Shown here piece by piece: positions 1 to 12,951 of a stretch of 64,000 nt of DNA; the first letter of the stretch is position 1, and each line of letters begins with the position of its first letter. The notes beneath the pieces are model-generated. The model was not told where the DNA came from. It was given only the letters and a program-made list of their open reading frames with translations, and ran no database searches. Both the position numbers and the translations under genes were made by a program. The stretch comes from Eledone cirrhosa (Eukaryota). The stretch covers positions 326,430,001 to 326,494,000 of the forward strand of contig OZ024740.1 in the NCBI GenBank assembly GCA_964016885.1, given 5' to 3'.

Positions 1-1443
1 TAGCTTGATAGTTACAATATTTGATGAAAACAACTGCAGAGAATTACATAAAATTCCAATATTATTTTCTTATAATGAGGTTAACTTTGCCTTTCATCCT
101 TACGGGGTCGATAAAATAAAGTACCAGTAATACACTGGGTAATTGCTGGCCTTGTGCCAAAAGTAGAAACAATTATTTTCTTATAATTGTTTCTACTTTG
201 TGGCTGTTTATGTTTGCCACTCATTATTTTCTTATAATTCTGAGTTCAAATCTCGCCGAGGTTAACTTTGCCTTTCATCCTTACGGGGTCGATAAAATAA
301 AGTACCAGTAATGTACTGGGTAATTGCTGGCCTTGTGCCAAAAGTAGAAACAATTATTTTCTTATAATGAGTGGCAAACATAAACAGCCACACAAATTAG
401 CTGGAAGCAAATACAAAAGACATTTTTCAAAGTTCTTTACTGTTAAAGTTTTATTGTTTAAACATTTTGGTTTATTGTTAAAACAATTTATCATTTCTGA
501 ACCATTAATCTCATCTTTTATAAACTTTTGTCCTATCTCCTCTTAATGTGTTTTGATTGGCTTAACAACTTAGTGGCATAGTGGTTGTAATACTGAAATA
601 CTGTGTTAGAAAATAAAGGCTTTCCCTTTCAAGTTCAAACCCGATCTAGATGTTTCTATCTATATATAGAACTACTAAAGACAGCCAGAGAATGAATTGA
701 CTGAAATACATGGAAAATAAGGTTACAAGTGAGAATAGTTTTAATATATTTTAAATGAATAGTATTATTATTTTCTTTTATTGGCTTCAGTCATTTGACT
801 GCAGCCATGTTGGAGCAATGCCTTCAAGAGTTTAGTAGACGTTAATGATTTTTTTTAAAATATCAGGTATTACTTTATTAAGCTCAATTTTGCTTAACTG
901 CTAAGTTAAAGGACTTAAACAGCACTGGTGGTTAAGTGGTGTAGACACAAACAGACATACACAGATCTATCAATATAATTCAGTATATAATCTCAGTTTA
1001 TCCAGGTCCTTTAGAATTCCAAAATTCTTCTCATTCAATTAAATAGTGAATATATATATTTGGCCAAAACTATATTCACTGGAGGTGAATGAATGTGAGG
1101 CATTTTCCTATTTTTATATATATACGAATTTAATGAAGAGTGAATGCTTATACTATTTGTACAAATAAATTATGTTACTTAGCTATTTATCTATATAAAA
1201 ATTTGAAAATATTATTAAATTTAATCACAAATCTATGTAGTTTCAAAACAATACTGAAATTCTTTTCAAAATTGTCATTTAATTTCCATTTCTAGTTTTT
1301 TTAAATGTAAGACAACGTGGAATATATATGTATAAATGCTTGAAATAAATTCTAAAGCAATAATACAAGAATCAAACAAAGATTTCATGAGATTACAGGC
1401 AGAACATTTAAAAAACAAACTGACATCATTAATAAAGTTGAAA

Positions 1444-1716
1444 TCAAATAATCCTAGAGGCTACTACTAACCTATTCATGTGACGCTTGTATAACTCTGG
1501 TGTAATAATGGTTAATGGTCTGACAATAGGATCAAGGTTTTGAAGTTGTTCTTGAGTCCATCCCATGAAATAGTTGTTGTTATGCCTTTTTACCCAGATT
1601 TTTGCCTTCTCCAAGTTACTCATACTGATGGGCATTTCTGGAAAGAATGCCCGCAAGCCAACATTTTTCTTTATTGGCTTCTTGTACATCTTCCCAACAG
1701 GCAAATTGTTATCCAT
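1444..1716 (-). CDS. Small (>=90 aa) protein of unknown function; probable terminal coding exon
   Basis: Non-repetitive ORF MDNNLPVGK...YFMGWTQEQLQNLDPIVRP...SRII* in very AT-rich flanks, preceded by a polypyrimidine tract and AG acceptor (1728-1729). I do not recognise the family. Confidence 0.55.
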   Translation of the reverse strand: MDNNLPVGKMYKKPIKKNVGLRAFFPEMPISMSNLEKAKIWVKRHNNNYFMGWTQEQLQNLDPIVRPLTIITPELYKRHMNRLVVASRII

Positions 1717-2149
1717 GATTAAAAATTCTAAAATAAAAGAAGAGATGAAAGGAAAATAATTTTTAAAATTCATAAAATAACAAAAAAAAAAAAGTCTGAC
1801 TTTCGACAAAAATTCAAGTATTTTGAAAAAAATAAGAAAAATATATTGGTATTTCTATGTTAAACTGATTTTAAAAACCCAAGTAATTTGGAAAGCTATT
1901 AGAATCACATTTTGATAACCTTTAGCTATTCAGATCTACCAACTAAATCTGTATCATTGGTAATTTATCGCTGGTTAGTTTAGCTTATTGATGCTATATG
2001 TATAATATATTAATTGTTTCTACTTTAGGCACAAGGCCAGCAATTAACCAGTACATTACTGGTACTTTATTTTATCGACCTCGTAAGGATGAAAGGCAAA
2101 ATTAACCTCGGCGAGATTTGAACTCAGACTGTAAAGGGACGTAACTATA

Positions 2150-2445
2150 TATTAATGGTGCCATGACAAAAAAGCACCCAGTCCACACTGTTGAGTGGTC
2201 GTATTGGTACCATGGCAAAAAGCGCCCAGTCTACACTGTAAAGTGGCTGTTTTGGTGCCACGATAAAAAGCACCCAGTGCACACTGTTAATGTGGTTGGT
2301 GTTAGGAAGGGCATCCAGCCGTAGAAACCAAGCCAGAAACATTTCTGTATGAACAAGACACGGTTGTTTGATCTGATTTGTCTCACAAGGAAGAACTTGT
2401 CTAACCTAAGCTAGCGTGGAAAAGTGGACGTTAAATGATGATGAT
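2150..2445 (+). repeat. RTE-tail repeat with three ~48-bp tandem units (relatives at 36905-37080, 38530-38730, 34530-34680, 56505-56730, 59270-59610, 62860-63070)
   Basis: GGTGCCA...AAAAAGCACCCAGT.CACACTGT x3, then GGAAGGGCATCCAGCCGTAGAAAC...GGACGTTAAATGATGATG. Confidence 0.8.
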
Positions 2446-4419
2446 AAACGAGACATTAGGTCCTTGATTGACAATACTGTTGTCAATTAGGGACCTCTAT
2501 ACATACAGATCCCTGACAGATGAATCGGGATAAGTGAATGAAGTGAGTGTGATGGGAGAAAGAGAAGAAATATATTTTTGTTCTTGTTTTTTCGATTGTT
2601 AAAAAAACATCTGTTTCTCAATATGATCAAATTCCATTTCAATCTGTTACATATATTAACCAGACGCGGTAATACTGTGTGCGTATTGGCTAGCCTCAAA
2701 CTATTTCGTTGACCCTTGTAATGTGCGGCCGACTGTTGCACTTGGTGAATTGATGTTCGTTTTTGTTTCCCTTTTTTTTTCTTTCTCTCGCTCTAGTCAT
2801 ATATTTTGGTGCCAGCAATAGTTAATTGTATTTCTTATATGTGTTTAGATTTTCATTCTAAAAGAATTGCGAGCAATTTGTAATGTTATTTATGTATATA
2901 TCTTGCTGAAAATAAAGTGATTTCTCCAAAAAGAAATAAATTGAATATGGAAGGATGCAGAATAAGGGTTTAGGGCTTCTGTTTAAGAGTTAGTGAAATC
3001 ATTTCACTTTTGTTATATCTCTAATGCATTAAGGATATACATTAATGTTACAATACATCATTCTAATACTGTCAACAAATATGATATACAAAGCATTATT
3101 TTACGTTGTCCGACAATGAACAAAGATTTCAACATATCAGTTAAATCAATTGAAACATACAGACATACACACACACAATTAAAACAATCTGGAGCAGATA
3201 TACCAATCCAGAAATTAACTAATTTAAAACAAAACAAAAACTCGAATGTCAATACTTCACAAAAATTGAACACATACCAAGATAATTAGAGAATATCTTT
3301 TCCTCAAATTAAAGTAATTACAAAAAGTATTTTAATAAACAATCATTAATATCATGATAGATCTTACTTTAAAAAAATAGTTGGTTTACTGATTGAAAGT
3401 TATAAGTTCAATGCTAAAATTCTCCCATATGTAAACAATTTCGTTTGAATGGATTTTCAGACATATTAAGTAGAATTAAGCTAACAGCTCTGTTATTTTC
3501 GTATTTGCGCGCAACTAATATCTATTAGTTAATTACTAACATTATAAGACATTGAAATGAAGACTGAAATTATATCTACTACCAAAGTTTGGTTATTTAC
3601 TTTTATTTAATAAATAAATAAAATAAATGTTAAATACACATAATATAACAACTAAGTAAATTCGAAAATGTTTACTATAGAAAACAACGAAATGGCTGCC
3701 ATTCTAACTCCAGATTTAACCCCGTCGATTTTTACTTTTATTTTTTGCCACTTGTTAATTTTAATTTTATAACTCCCAGAGTAAAAAAAGTTAAAAAAAA
3801 TAATAAAAGAGAAGTTTATGAAAAAGTGATGGTACTTCTAAATGTCCAGCCACATATCTTGTAATATGTACATATAGGAAGAGGAATTATTCATGCTAAG
3901 TTTCGTATTTCTTAATATCTGCGCATACACACACAAACCAACAACACTTGAAGAAAATAAAGGTTTCTAATTTGGGCACAGGGCCAGCAATTTTAGATCA
4001 GAGGAATGTTGATTAAATCGACCTAATATTTGACTGGGATTTTATTTCATCGAAAGGATGAAAGGCAAATTTGACATGGGCGAGATTGAACTCAGAACGT
4101 AAAGAGCCAGCTAGAACAAACACTGCAAAACATTTTGTCAGACGCTCTAATGATTCTGCGAACCCTTGAAACTCGTTGTTTCGGTTCAGAGATAATTATT
4201 TTTCTCCTGAACTAGTCAAGAGCCAACCCTTTTTACGATATATGAATCCATCTTATTTTATGAATTTTATATTATAACATCTCTTGTTTCATCATTCTGT
4301 GGTGAGAGATGTTTATTTTATAGAGATTCTAGATTATTTTCTGTACACTTAAACTATTAAGCGACAGGACGGAAGTGGTATCAAGACTGAAGGGTGTAAG
4401 ATCAGTCGATTGGAATTTG

Positions 4420-5150
4420 CAGACGACATGATATTACTTAACTGATTAGAAATTAATCTCTTGACATGCACTTGATAGGTTTTCTGCCGAGTGCTGCACA
4501 GAGGGAATGAAAATCCGTGCTTTGAACGAAGCCTGTGCAGTGCACATTCTACATGTGAGTGGAATTCCACTGAAGGAGGTGGAGAAGTTCAACTATCTCA
4601 GAGCTGTGTTCATGAGTGATGGAAGACAGGAGGCTGCATTAAGTGCAAGATTTGTAGGAGCTAGTACAGTAATGCATCAGCTTCAGCAGATGGGAAATAG
4701 GTGTAAAAATCAAACTAGTTATCTTCAATTTGGTATTCGTGCCAGCCCTTACTTATGGTCATGAATATTGGGGTAATGACCAAAAGAATACAATCACGGA
4801 TACAATGGTCTTTGGAGTAACGTTACTCAATCGAGTGTGTAGCTTGGAGATCAGAGAGTCGCTCCAGGTAGAACTGCTACTTCTCCGAATTGAGAGATCA
4901 CAGTTGCAAGACTACGGACATTTGGTTAGAATGTCTAAGGAAAGAATTATTGGACAGATTTTATGGGAAAAACAAACCAGCAACAGACCCAGTAGTAGAT
5001 CTCAAGCAAGATGGTTGGATAATGTCCATGAGCTTGGATGGTCTAGCTGGGGATCCAACCAGATGAATTGGGGATGGTTGCTTCTGACAGGACCTACTGG
5101 AAGGCATGCTTACGGACTGACCCTCCACGACTCTTCCAGGAATAGGTAGC
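4420..5150 (+). mobile_element. Rex3/Expander-like RTE LINE 3' fragment
   Basis: VEKFNYL, PALTYGHEYW, EIRESLQVELLLLRIERSQL..YGHLVRM motifs. Confidence 0.8.
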
Positions 5151-6285
5151 AGTGTATATAAAGAAAGAACAAGTGCTGCAAAGATGGTGTCTTATGATGG
5201 CTGGCAATGTCACACAGCCATTTTTAGGCCCCATAGGCATCTTTACATTTCATTTACAACATTGAATTGTCAAAGAGCTAAGTAGGGGATAAGTGTTGGA
5301 AGATTTGTCCAAGACTTGGTATGTTTTGCAAAGAATGCTTTAATATAAAGGAGCACAACTCTATTTTGATATTTGTGAAAATGAAACAAAAGCTGAAACT
5401 GTGTTTTCTTAGTAAAAATAAAATAATAATAAAAAGAATCTTGCTAAACAAATTCAGAAACGAAATAAAAAAAAAAAAACGTCAAGCTGATTTATCATAA
5501 ATACATAATGTAATATATATATATGTAATATTACACACAAGCATATATTTACCATAAAGATTCCATGTAACATGCATATAACAATTCAGATCTTTACACT
5601 AGATAACTTTACTTTGATAACTTTTATAGGTTTCGGCCAGTATTGGCCCAGGCCATGCCTAACTTAATAGTATTTTTTTTAAAGTCCTGATATATGTTCC
5701 TTTAGTAGAGTTCACTCAGTTTCAAGTATTCAACTCAGGTCTCTAGTTTGAAAATAATTTCTTCCCTTTCTACAACTAGAAATAATAAAGTACCACAGGT
5801 GTTGGTGTCTCTCTCTGACTAAATGGTAAAAAGAAAAAAAAATGTAATCCATTTGGTTTGTTTTATGCTCCATCCCCTCCCTATAACCTTCCTTAAAGAG
5901 AAATGTGGATTAAATATATAAAAATCTGCTTACATACACATTTCTCACAGCTTCAGTTAAAAACCTGTACCCTTTATACAGATACGGTATTGTATGTGTG
6001 GTGTGTGTGTGTACCAGCTGCTCTTATCTAATGACATTAATATGGAATATAACACAGCATGTAAATAACAACATGGATGACACATTCACCCACTCTTACC
6101 TGTTAGCAAGTACATTGACTGTAGATAAAATAATCTAAATAAATAGCATATTGCTGAAGTAAGATACAAATAAGATAAGATATATTGTTCATAAAATATG
6201 TAAAACAGTGTAGGATCTGGAAGAAACCAGAACCAACTTTTAAAAAAATGTTTTTTTAACTACTTCAGAAGAAAAGGGGAGTGGC

Positions 6286-6438
6286 CAGTGCCAGATTTAC
6301 CATTATGCTTAGCTGTTCTTAGGCACAGGGCCGGGAGGAGGGGCATTTTTTTTACCGGGCCTACCTCCTTCAGGGCCCAATTAAGGGGCCACATAACTTA
6401 ACTAGCACAGGGCCTCATTTGTCCTAAATCTGGCAGTG
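6286..6438. mobile_element. hAT-like MITE
   Basis: CAGTGCCAGATTTA...TAAATCTGGCAGTG termini; internal GGGCC motifs; no clear TSD. Confidence 0.5.
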
Positions 6439-9400
6439 ACCATGGCCTTATATTTTTCAAGAACTCTCAGACTGGTGCTAGGAAAGGGAAGAAGTTATTT
6501 TTAAATTGGAGGTCTGGCTCAAATACTGATAACCAAGGATCAACTGGTGGTGTTAAACTGGATGACTATTCCAAAAGTCAGAATATAAAGATTTAGAACA
6601 CACACCACAAGACATGTCACCCAATCTATCACTCCGGATTTATACATTATTTTATCAACTCCCCAAAGACAAAGTTGACCTCAGAGCACAGAGAGCTTGA
6701 AAAAATAGTGCAAGGCATTTGATATTATGCTCTAACGATTTAGCCAATTCTCTGTATAGAATTGGTATAATATATGTGCATTTATGCAGGCAGAAGGAAA
6801 GATAATCAGCTTTAAACATCCTGCTCTAACCAGTTTGTAGTATAATTGTATTATCTTTTGTCAAGCAATCAAATTTACATTCAGCAGGAGAGTTTTGTAA
6901 AGCTGTATGAATACACATGTTGGGAAGGAGATTTGTATAATATATGATAGTCTGTTTACTCATAAACTACAGTCACATCAAGTTATATGAGCAAAATCTT
7001 TTGTTGGCCATCACCATTAATAGAGTTGAATATTACATCTTTTTAGAACAATATTTTCCCTAAAAGTACAATTTAACCCTTTAGTATTTAACCCGAATGT
7101 ATTCGGCCAGAACTCTCTAACCTCTTTCTGTTCAAACTGGCTGCTCATATTGATGTTAAGGTATGGTTCTCAAAATAAATAATATCAACATCTCATAGAT
7201 TCAATACTATGTGAAATAATTATGTGAGGTAGAGTCTTTATCATGAAAATATAATAGTAAATACAGAGTAATGTAAATACTCATATTTTTCTTGTCCGAG
7301 AAAATTTACTTTAAATGTATCCACAATTTTTATTTTTTTATCTGTGAAGTTTCCAATGTACGTAAGCAAGATAGCTAGAGTTTGTTTGCATAATGATTCT
7401 ATATTCATTGTTTATGTTGTTAATGGAAGGACATTTTCAGGATATAATGTATTTATCATCCAATTTTTATTGCTTTCAGTGTTTATCAGGTAGCTGAGAC
7501 TATGTCTATGACCTTTGTAGCTCCTCCAAGATAACTTAGATTGACGCAACTAATGATCAGTTTGAACAACTAGACATAGCTCTATCTACATAGGTCATTA
7601 TTTGTTTTGATTTCAATATGAATCCTGATGATGTGATGGGGATACCCAAGTAGCTAACATAATTCACAAACACTTCAATCTCATACAATTTCTGACTGAT
7701 AAGCAAGCACATGTATATCAGTCAGGAGTTTTGTGAAACTTCTAACTATTTGCCTGAAACTGTCTGTCAGTAACAGTCTTTCCACTCTTAATGTCCCCTA
7801 TCACATGAAACTGCACTAACTAGTGTGGTGGATTGGCAGTATCGGTAGATAATCGGACGCCATGCTTTGTAGTATAGAGTTACCGCCCTTTACGACCTGA
7901 GTTCAAATCCCGAGGTTAACTTTGTCTTTCATCCTTATGGGGTCAATAGAATAAAGCGCCAGTAACGCACTGGGTCGATTTAATCGACTTTCCCCTCCCC
8001 CAAATTTTCTGGCCTTGTGCCTAAAGTAGAAATCATTAGTAAATGCTATTTTGCTAATATCTCCTTCTAATCAAGTTTGATATTTATTTTATAATCATTG
8101 TTTTATTCGATTGTTACATTACACTACTAAACATAACATCACAAAACAAGAACTCTACCAGACCTTTCAACCACTGCAGATCCAAGAGGACCTAGTGAGG
8201 AAAAGCCACAGGAAACGTTAATATATGACTAATTTTAAGATATATTTTTTCATTGTTTTATTGAAGATATTGAATATCGGGAGAGGGTCTGACGCTATGC
8301 TTTACAGCAGAGAGTTACGGCCCTTTGTGGTCCGAGTTCAAATCCTGCCGAGGTTAACTTTGCCTTTCATCCTTACGGGGTCGATAAAATAAAGTACCAG
8401 TAATACACTGGAATAATTGCTGGCCTTGTGCCAAATGTAGAAACAATTATTGGTATGGTCCCGTAACTCTTGATAGAGTCGTACGGACAGTGTATTGACA
8501 TACAGCGTTTCCTGGGCATTTAAAGCCTGGCAGCGCCCATTCCTCTCCAGGTCTGAGTACAGCAGATTTCTTCCAGAGAAAGATAGAGAGAGAGAGAGAG
8601 AGGGGAAACGAGAAAGAGATATAGAGGAAAAATCGTCCCCAGTGCTAGACTGGTACTTTTTTCATTAACCTCGAAAGGTCATATATTAAGGGACTTAAAA
8701 TATTATTTATTTAATTACTCCAACGATTATGACATTCCCCCCAATCAAACTTGTGGCATTTTTGTAATTTTATTTCCACACTGAGCCAACTAAGAAACTA
8801 GTAATAATGATACTTTATTTTATCGACCACAAAAGCTGACATCGGATGTATTTGAACTCAGAATGTAAAAGGCCGCAAATCACTACCCTTCGGCCTACTA
8901 TAATGGTTTCTGATTTAGGCACAAGACTAACGATTTTAAGGGGAGGAGAAAGTCAATTAAACCTACCCAATACATTAATCGTATTTTATTTTATTGACTC
9001 CGTAATAAGGAAAGGCAAAGCTAATCTTGGCAAGATTTGAACTCAGAACGTAAAGGGCCGTAACTATGCCGAAAAGCATGTGTGACGCTCTGCCGATACT
9101 GCCCTCTTCAGCCTACTATTGATAAAACCCAATGTTTACCCCATACTACAGTTTTGGATATGGACAGCATACTTGATAATGTAGTTCCTTGTGCACTGTT
9201 AGTAGCCTTTGATCAAAGGTTTGCTTGATTAGGATTAGACAACAACCACCGCCAACTATATACACGAGCTTTCGCATGTGTGCGTGTAGGTGTGGCTGAG
9301 CTGGCGCGTATAATAAACTATTTATAAAGAGCTCTCATTTCAGAGTGCTATTTTAGTCACGAAATTAAGCTAAATGCCACGAAGACATAAGCTATTTCCT

Positions 9401-10269
9401 ATTATAGTGGCTTCTTGAAACAACGAAGTATTCTTTTTGTATAAACGTGGCTCCATGCATTGAGACTGCCCGAAAGCATTCAAATCCCGACCACCCAGTC
9501 ACATGTATCATTACCAGTAATACACTGAGATAATTGCTGGCCTTGTGCCAAAAGTAGAAACTATTATATATATATATATATAATAGATTTAGCTGTCGAA
9601 ACCGCCGGAGCTCAGCCGTCGGGGTCATGACTCTTTTCCTATATATAAATATATATATATTTAAAAAAATTAAAATAACATTAAAGTTTAAGCAAAGAAT
9701 CGCTGCTTTCACTCTTAACGGGATCGGTAAGGGTGAAAGCAGCGATTCTTTGCTTAAACTTTAATCTGTTATTTTAATAAATATTTGCTCTAAGGTTTTT
9801 ATATATATATTATCCTTATCGAGCCCTCTTCGGATTTTAGTCTTCACATTTATTATTATTACTATATATATATATATAATACATATAAAAGACTGGACAG
9901 TCATGGCGGTACTTATAGACAAAAAATATATTTATCTGCTCTATCATGGGCTCTGTAAATCAAACCCCATGGGGTCCCAGATACACTATAACTGGAGAAA
10001 AATGGACATATATAGCTGGAAGGCCTGTATTATTAGTCGATTGTTGAAGCCCCTAGAGAAACTCAGTATATATTCGTTTATAAGTCGCACCTCTATTTTA
10101 CATACATTTACCATGTACCGTATATTATGAATTGAGATTTTTTGTAGGTACAAGCTAAGTCTTATGCAGATTTTTTTACGTCGTATTTACAAGTGTAAAT
10201 GCGCAACATTTTGTATATCTCAGAAAAATAAACATTCTCAAATCCATTTTTCTAAATTTTGGGGAGAAT

Positions 10270-10659
10270 TGTAACGAACATCGGTAGCTTGCTTAATACG
10301 GATTGAGCTCCGCATCTCCACCACTCAAGTAAGAGCCAATGTATAACTGAGGTATCCATGGAGCAAGCCTCTCGATTCGCGGTGTCTTCATGGAGAGAAT
10401 GCAGGCCGCTTTGCTTATTTCAACCAGTTAAACCTAATTATAAAACAAGCACCAACCGGAGTTTATAACCCCTTTAATTCTGGAGCCTGTGAGATTGTCA
10501 ACACGCTGGTAAGACGTCCAATGGGTTAAAGGTAGATACCTCATACGGGACGCCACCGTTATTGATTCTTCGCTTCGTCACTATTCCTATATGCTGCGGC
10601 GGAGGTGGGAGATACTTCGTATATGATACTGAAATACCATTAATTACGGGCGTGTTACA
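10270..10659 (+). mobile_element. Probable LTR (3' LTR or solo-like)
   Basis: TGTAAC...GTTACA termini, 390 bp, GC-richer than the flanks, directly preceded by purine tract GGGGAGAA. Confidence 0.45.
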
Positions 10660-10906
10660 TATTTAACCAGTGATATTTGAGACTTCGGGGGAGCTGGGCT
10701 ACTGACATCGAAGTAATTGTCATGGTTGATGTCTCGTCTTACTGAAGTATCAGGTGATACTTGTGATAGTACTTGAGTATTTCAGCACCTCAGCCCCTCT
10801 ATCACCAACAGCAATGCCTTGATTTACGGGGAAACACCAGCATTCTCTGCTGTAGTATGTATAACTTAAGAAAAAACTTATATTGAGTACAGCTTGGAAA
10901 AAGCGG

Positions 10907-11636
10907 TGTAATTGAAAATGAAACCAACAATAAGGAAGAATGTAAAATATATTATTTGGTTTTCCCGAATTGCCAAAACGAATGAGTTTCACTTTATTCA
11001 AGTTTTTTAAAAATCATTTTATTACAAATGAAAACGAATTTAGAGGCAATAACCCTCTAGATCTAATCAGTTTCTGATTAAAAAAACAACTAAAATTTAA
11101 GAAAAATGCATTAGTTACGTTTAACTTTCTGAAAACCTCTCCCCTCTCTTCTGCGACACTAGAGCTCTTGCCACCCCCTCCTTTTCCTCTCTATTTTCCT
11201 ATTGTTTCTTTCCTTTTTATTTTTTTTTTTATTATTGCCGTCATTATAGTAGATTCCCGCCGAGGTTAACTTTGCCTTTCATCCTTACGGGGTCGATAAA
11301 ATAAAGCACCAGTAATGTATTGGAGTCGATTTAATCGACTTTCCCCTCCCCCATCAAATTATTGGCCTTGTGTCTATACTAGAAATCATTATTATTATTA
11401 TTTAAGAAAAGAAAATCAATTTATTAAGGAGATGATTATTATGAAAATGTCATTACATATTTATATATACATAAAAAAGGAGGGTGGGATGAAAAGATCC
11501 AAAATTACATTTAAAAAGTTGAAGGTGAGGATAAAAAACAACAAAAAACATGCTGAAATGTATTCGTTTCGTTAAATCAGGAAAGCCAAGATATTTTATA
11601 CATTTCCCCTTATTGTTGGTTTCACATTTAATTACG
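10907..11636. mobile_element. MITE of the same family with an internal SINE insertion
   Basis: ~80-bp imperfect inverted repeats at both ends; SINE at 11256-11395. Confidence 0.55.
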
Positions 11637-11989
11637 TTACCTTTTCTCTCTCTTTCTATATATATACCACCGGGCTGCCATTCCATTTTAGTAGAGTACT
11701 CAACTTTCATTATGACTTTCTTTAATTCACCCCATATTTTTCATAACTTTTCTAGAACGAAGAATGTTTTCTTCAATTCCATTTCCTCGCTTGTGAGATA
11801 ACAACAAAGTTTCAAAATTATACGAGAGATATATATGAAAGTTATTTAGATGAGCCATATCACTAACGCAACTAGTAAGGGACCTCCTCTACCAGAGGTA
11901 AATTGTATGTGTATAGCACAGGAGGGATTATGAGGGCGGAGAAAAATAAGGTATGCATGCGATCATACTAAGGAACATTAATTAAAATG

Positions 11990-12103
11990 TTCAAATCCCG
12001 CCGAGGTTGACTTTGTCTTTCATCCTTACGGGGTCGATAAAATAAAGTACCAGTAATGCACTGGATATTTTTGCTGGCCTTGTGCCTAAAGTAGAAACAA
12101 TTA
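11990..12103 (+). mobile_element. 5'-truncated SINE with a 17-bp target-site duplication
   Basis: ATTAATTAAAATGTTCA at 11977-11993 and 12100-12116. Confidence 0.88.
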
Positions 12104-12149
12104 ATTAAAATGTTCACGAATTACCATGGGTTTTGTAACAAGAAAATTC

Positions 12150-12397
12150 CCTCCGAGGCACAAATCCGAGCAAGGTAGTTTTGAGGAAAACTAACAGTCG
12201 CCAACATACCGATGTTTTCCAATGAAAAGGCCCATACAGCTTGATACCAGTGATATCGCAACTAATTTTTTCTGAGTGAACTGGAGCAACGTGAAATAAA
12301 GTGTCTTGCTCAAGGACAATACAACGCTCGGTCCTGGAATCGAACTCACATCACGATTGTGTATCCAACGCTCTAACCACTAAGTCACGCGCCTTCA
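12150..12397 (-). mobile_element. tRNA-derived SINE with CORE-like segment (relative at 49085-49215)
   Basis: Reverse complement: TAGTGGTTAGAGCG...GAGTTCGATTCC...TCCTTGAGCAAGACACTTTATTTCACGTTGCTCCAG. Confidence 0.7.
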
Positions 12398-12917
12398 AAA
12401 GTTGTTATAGATTTTAGATAACTTCGTCTGCAGGCGGTTTCAGGTTTGAATGCGGATGAAAGTTTAGTTGTGCTCTCCATCCTTGCTTTATGTGTTCGTT
12501 CGACCTGATAGAAACAGCAACCAAATGTTCCTCAACTCATAGCCTATCACAGGAAAAAGGAAAGTCATAGTCCAAGATACAAGATGCGTGGATAACCAAG
12601 TCGAGGTCCCAGATAATATAAACAAAAATATTACAATATTAAGTCAAAATATAAAACTGTTGTTTTTCATCAAATCAAAAATTATATATTTAAACAAAAC
12701 GTTATGTGTTACGTTTTTTAAATAGGGATAGCACTCAAATCGGCCCTAATATATGGATGCCCTTCCTAACTCAACCACATTTACAATGTGTGGTGGGTAC
12801 CTTTTGTCATGACACCTACACGATATATATCAGGGGTCCTGACTCTTTTCCTATTACCCACTCTACTACCTTAAGTATCCAGTACTATGGTCCACTTGGT
12901 ATCTTACCACACTTTTG

Positions 12918-12948
<31 letters not shown>

Positions 12949-12951
<3 letters not shown>

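Noticed and set aside
2157-2290. CRISPR-like repeated ~48-bp units
   Set aside because: The units are contiguous tandem repeats without unique spacers, there are no cas genes, and the context is a eukaryotic retro-tail.
3689-3702. YY1-like AAATGGCTGCC motif as a promoter
   Set aside because: It is a single short motif in probable repeat-derived sequence, with no supporting exon structure.
7823-8037. Possible tRNA genes (GTTCAAATCC B-box motifs at many sites)
   Set aside because: These are SINE heads followed by the SINE core and do not form a full cloverleaf.
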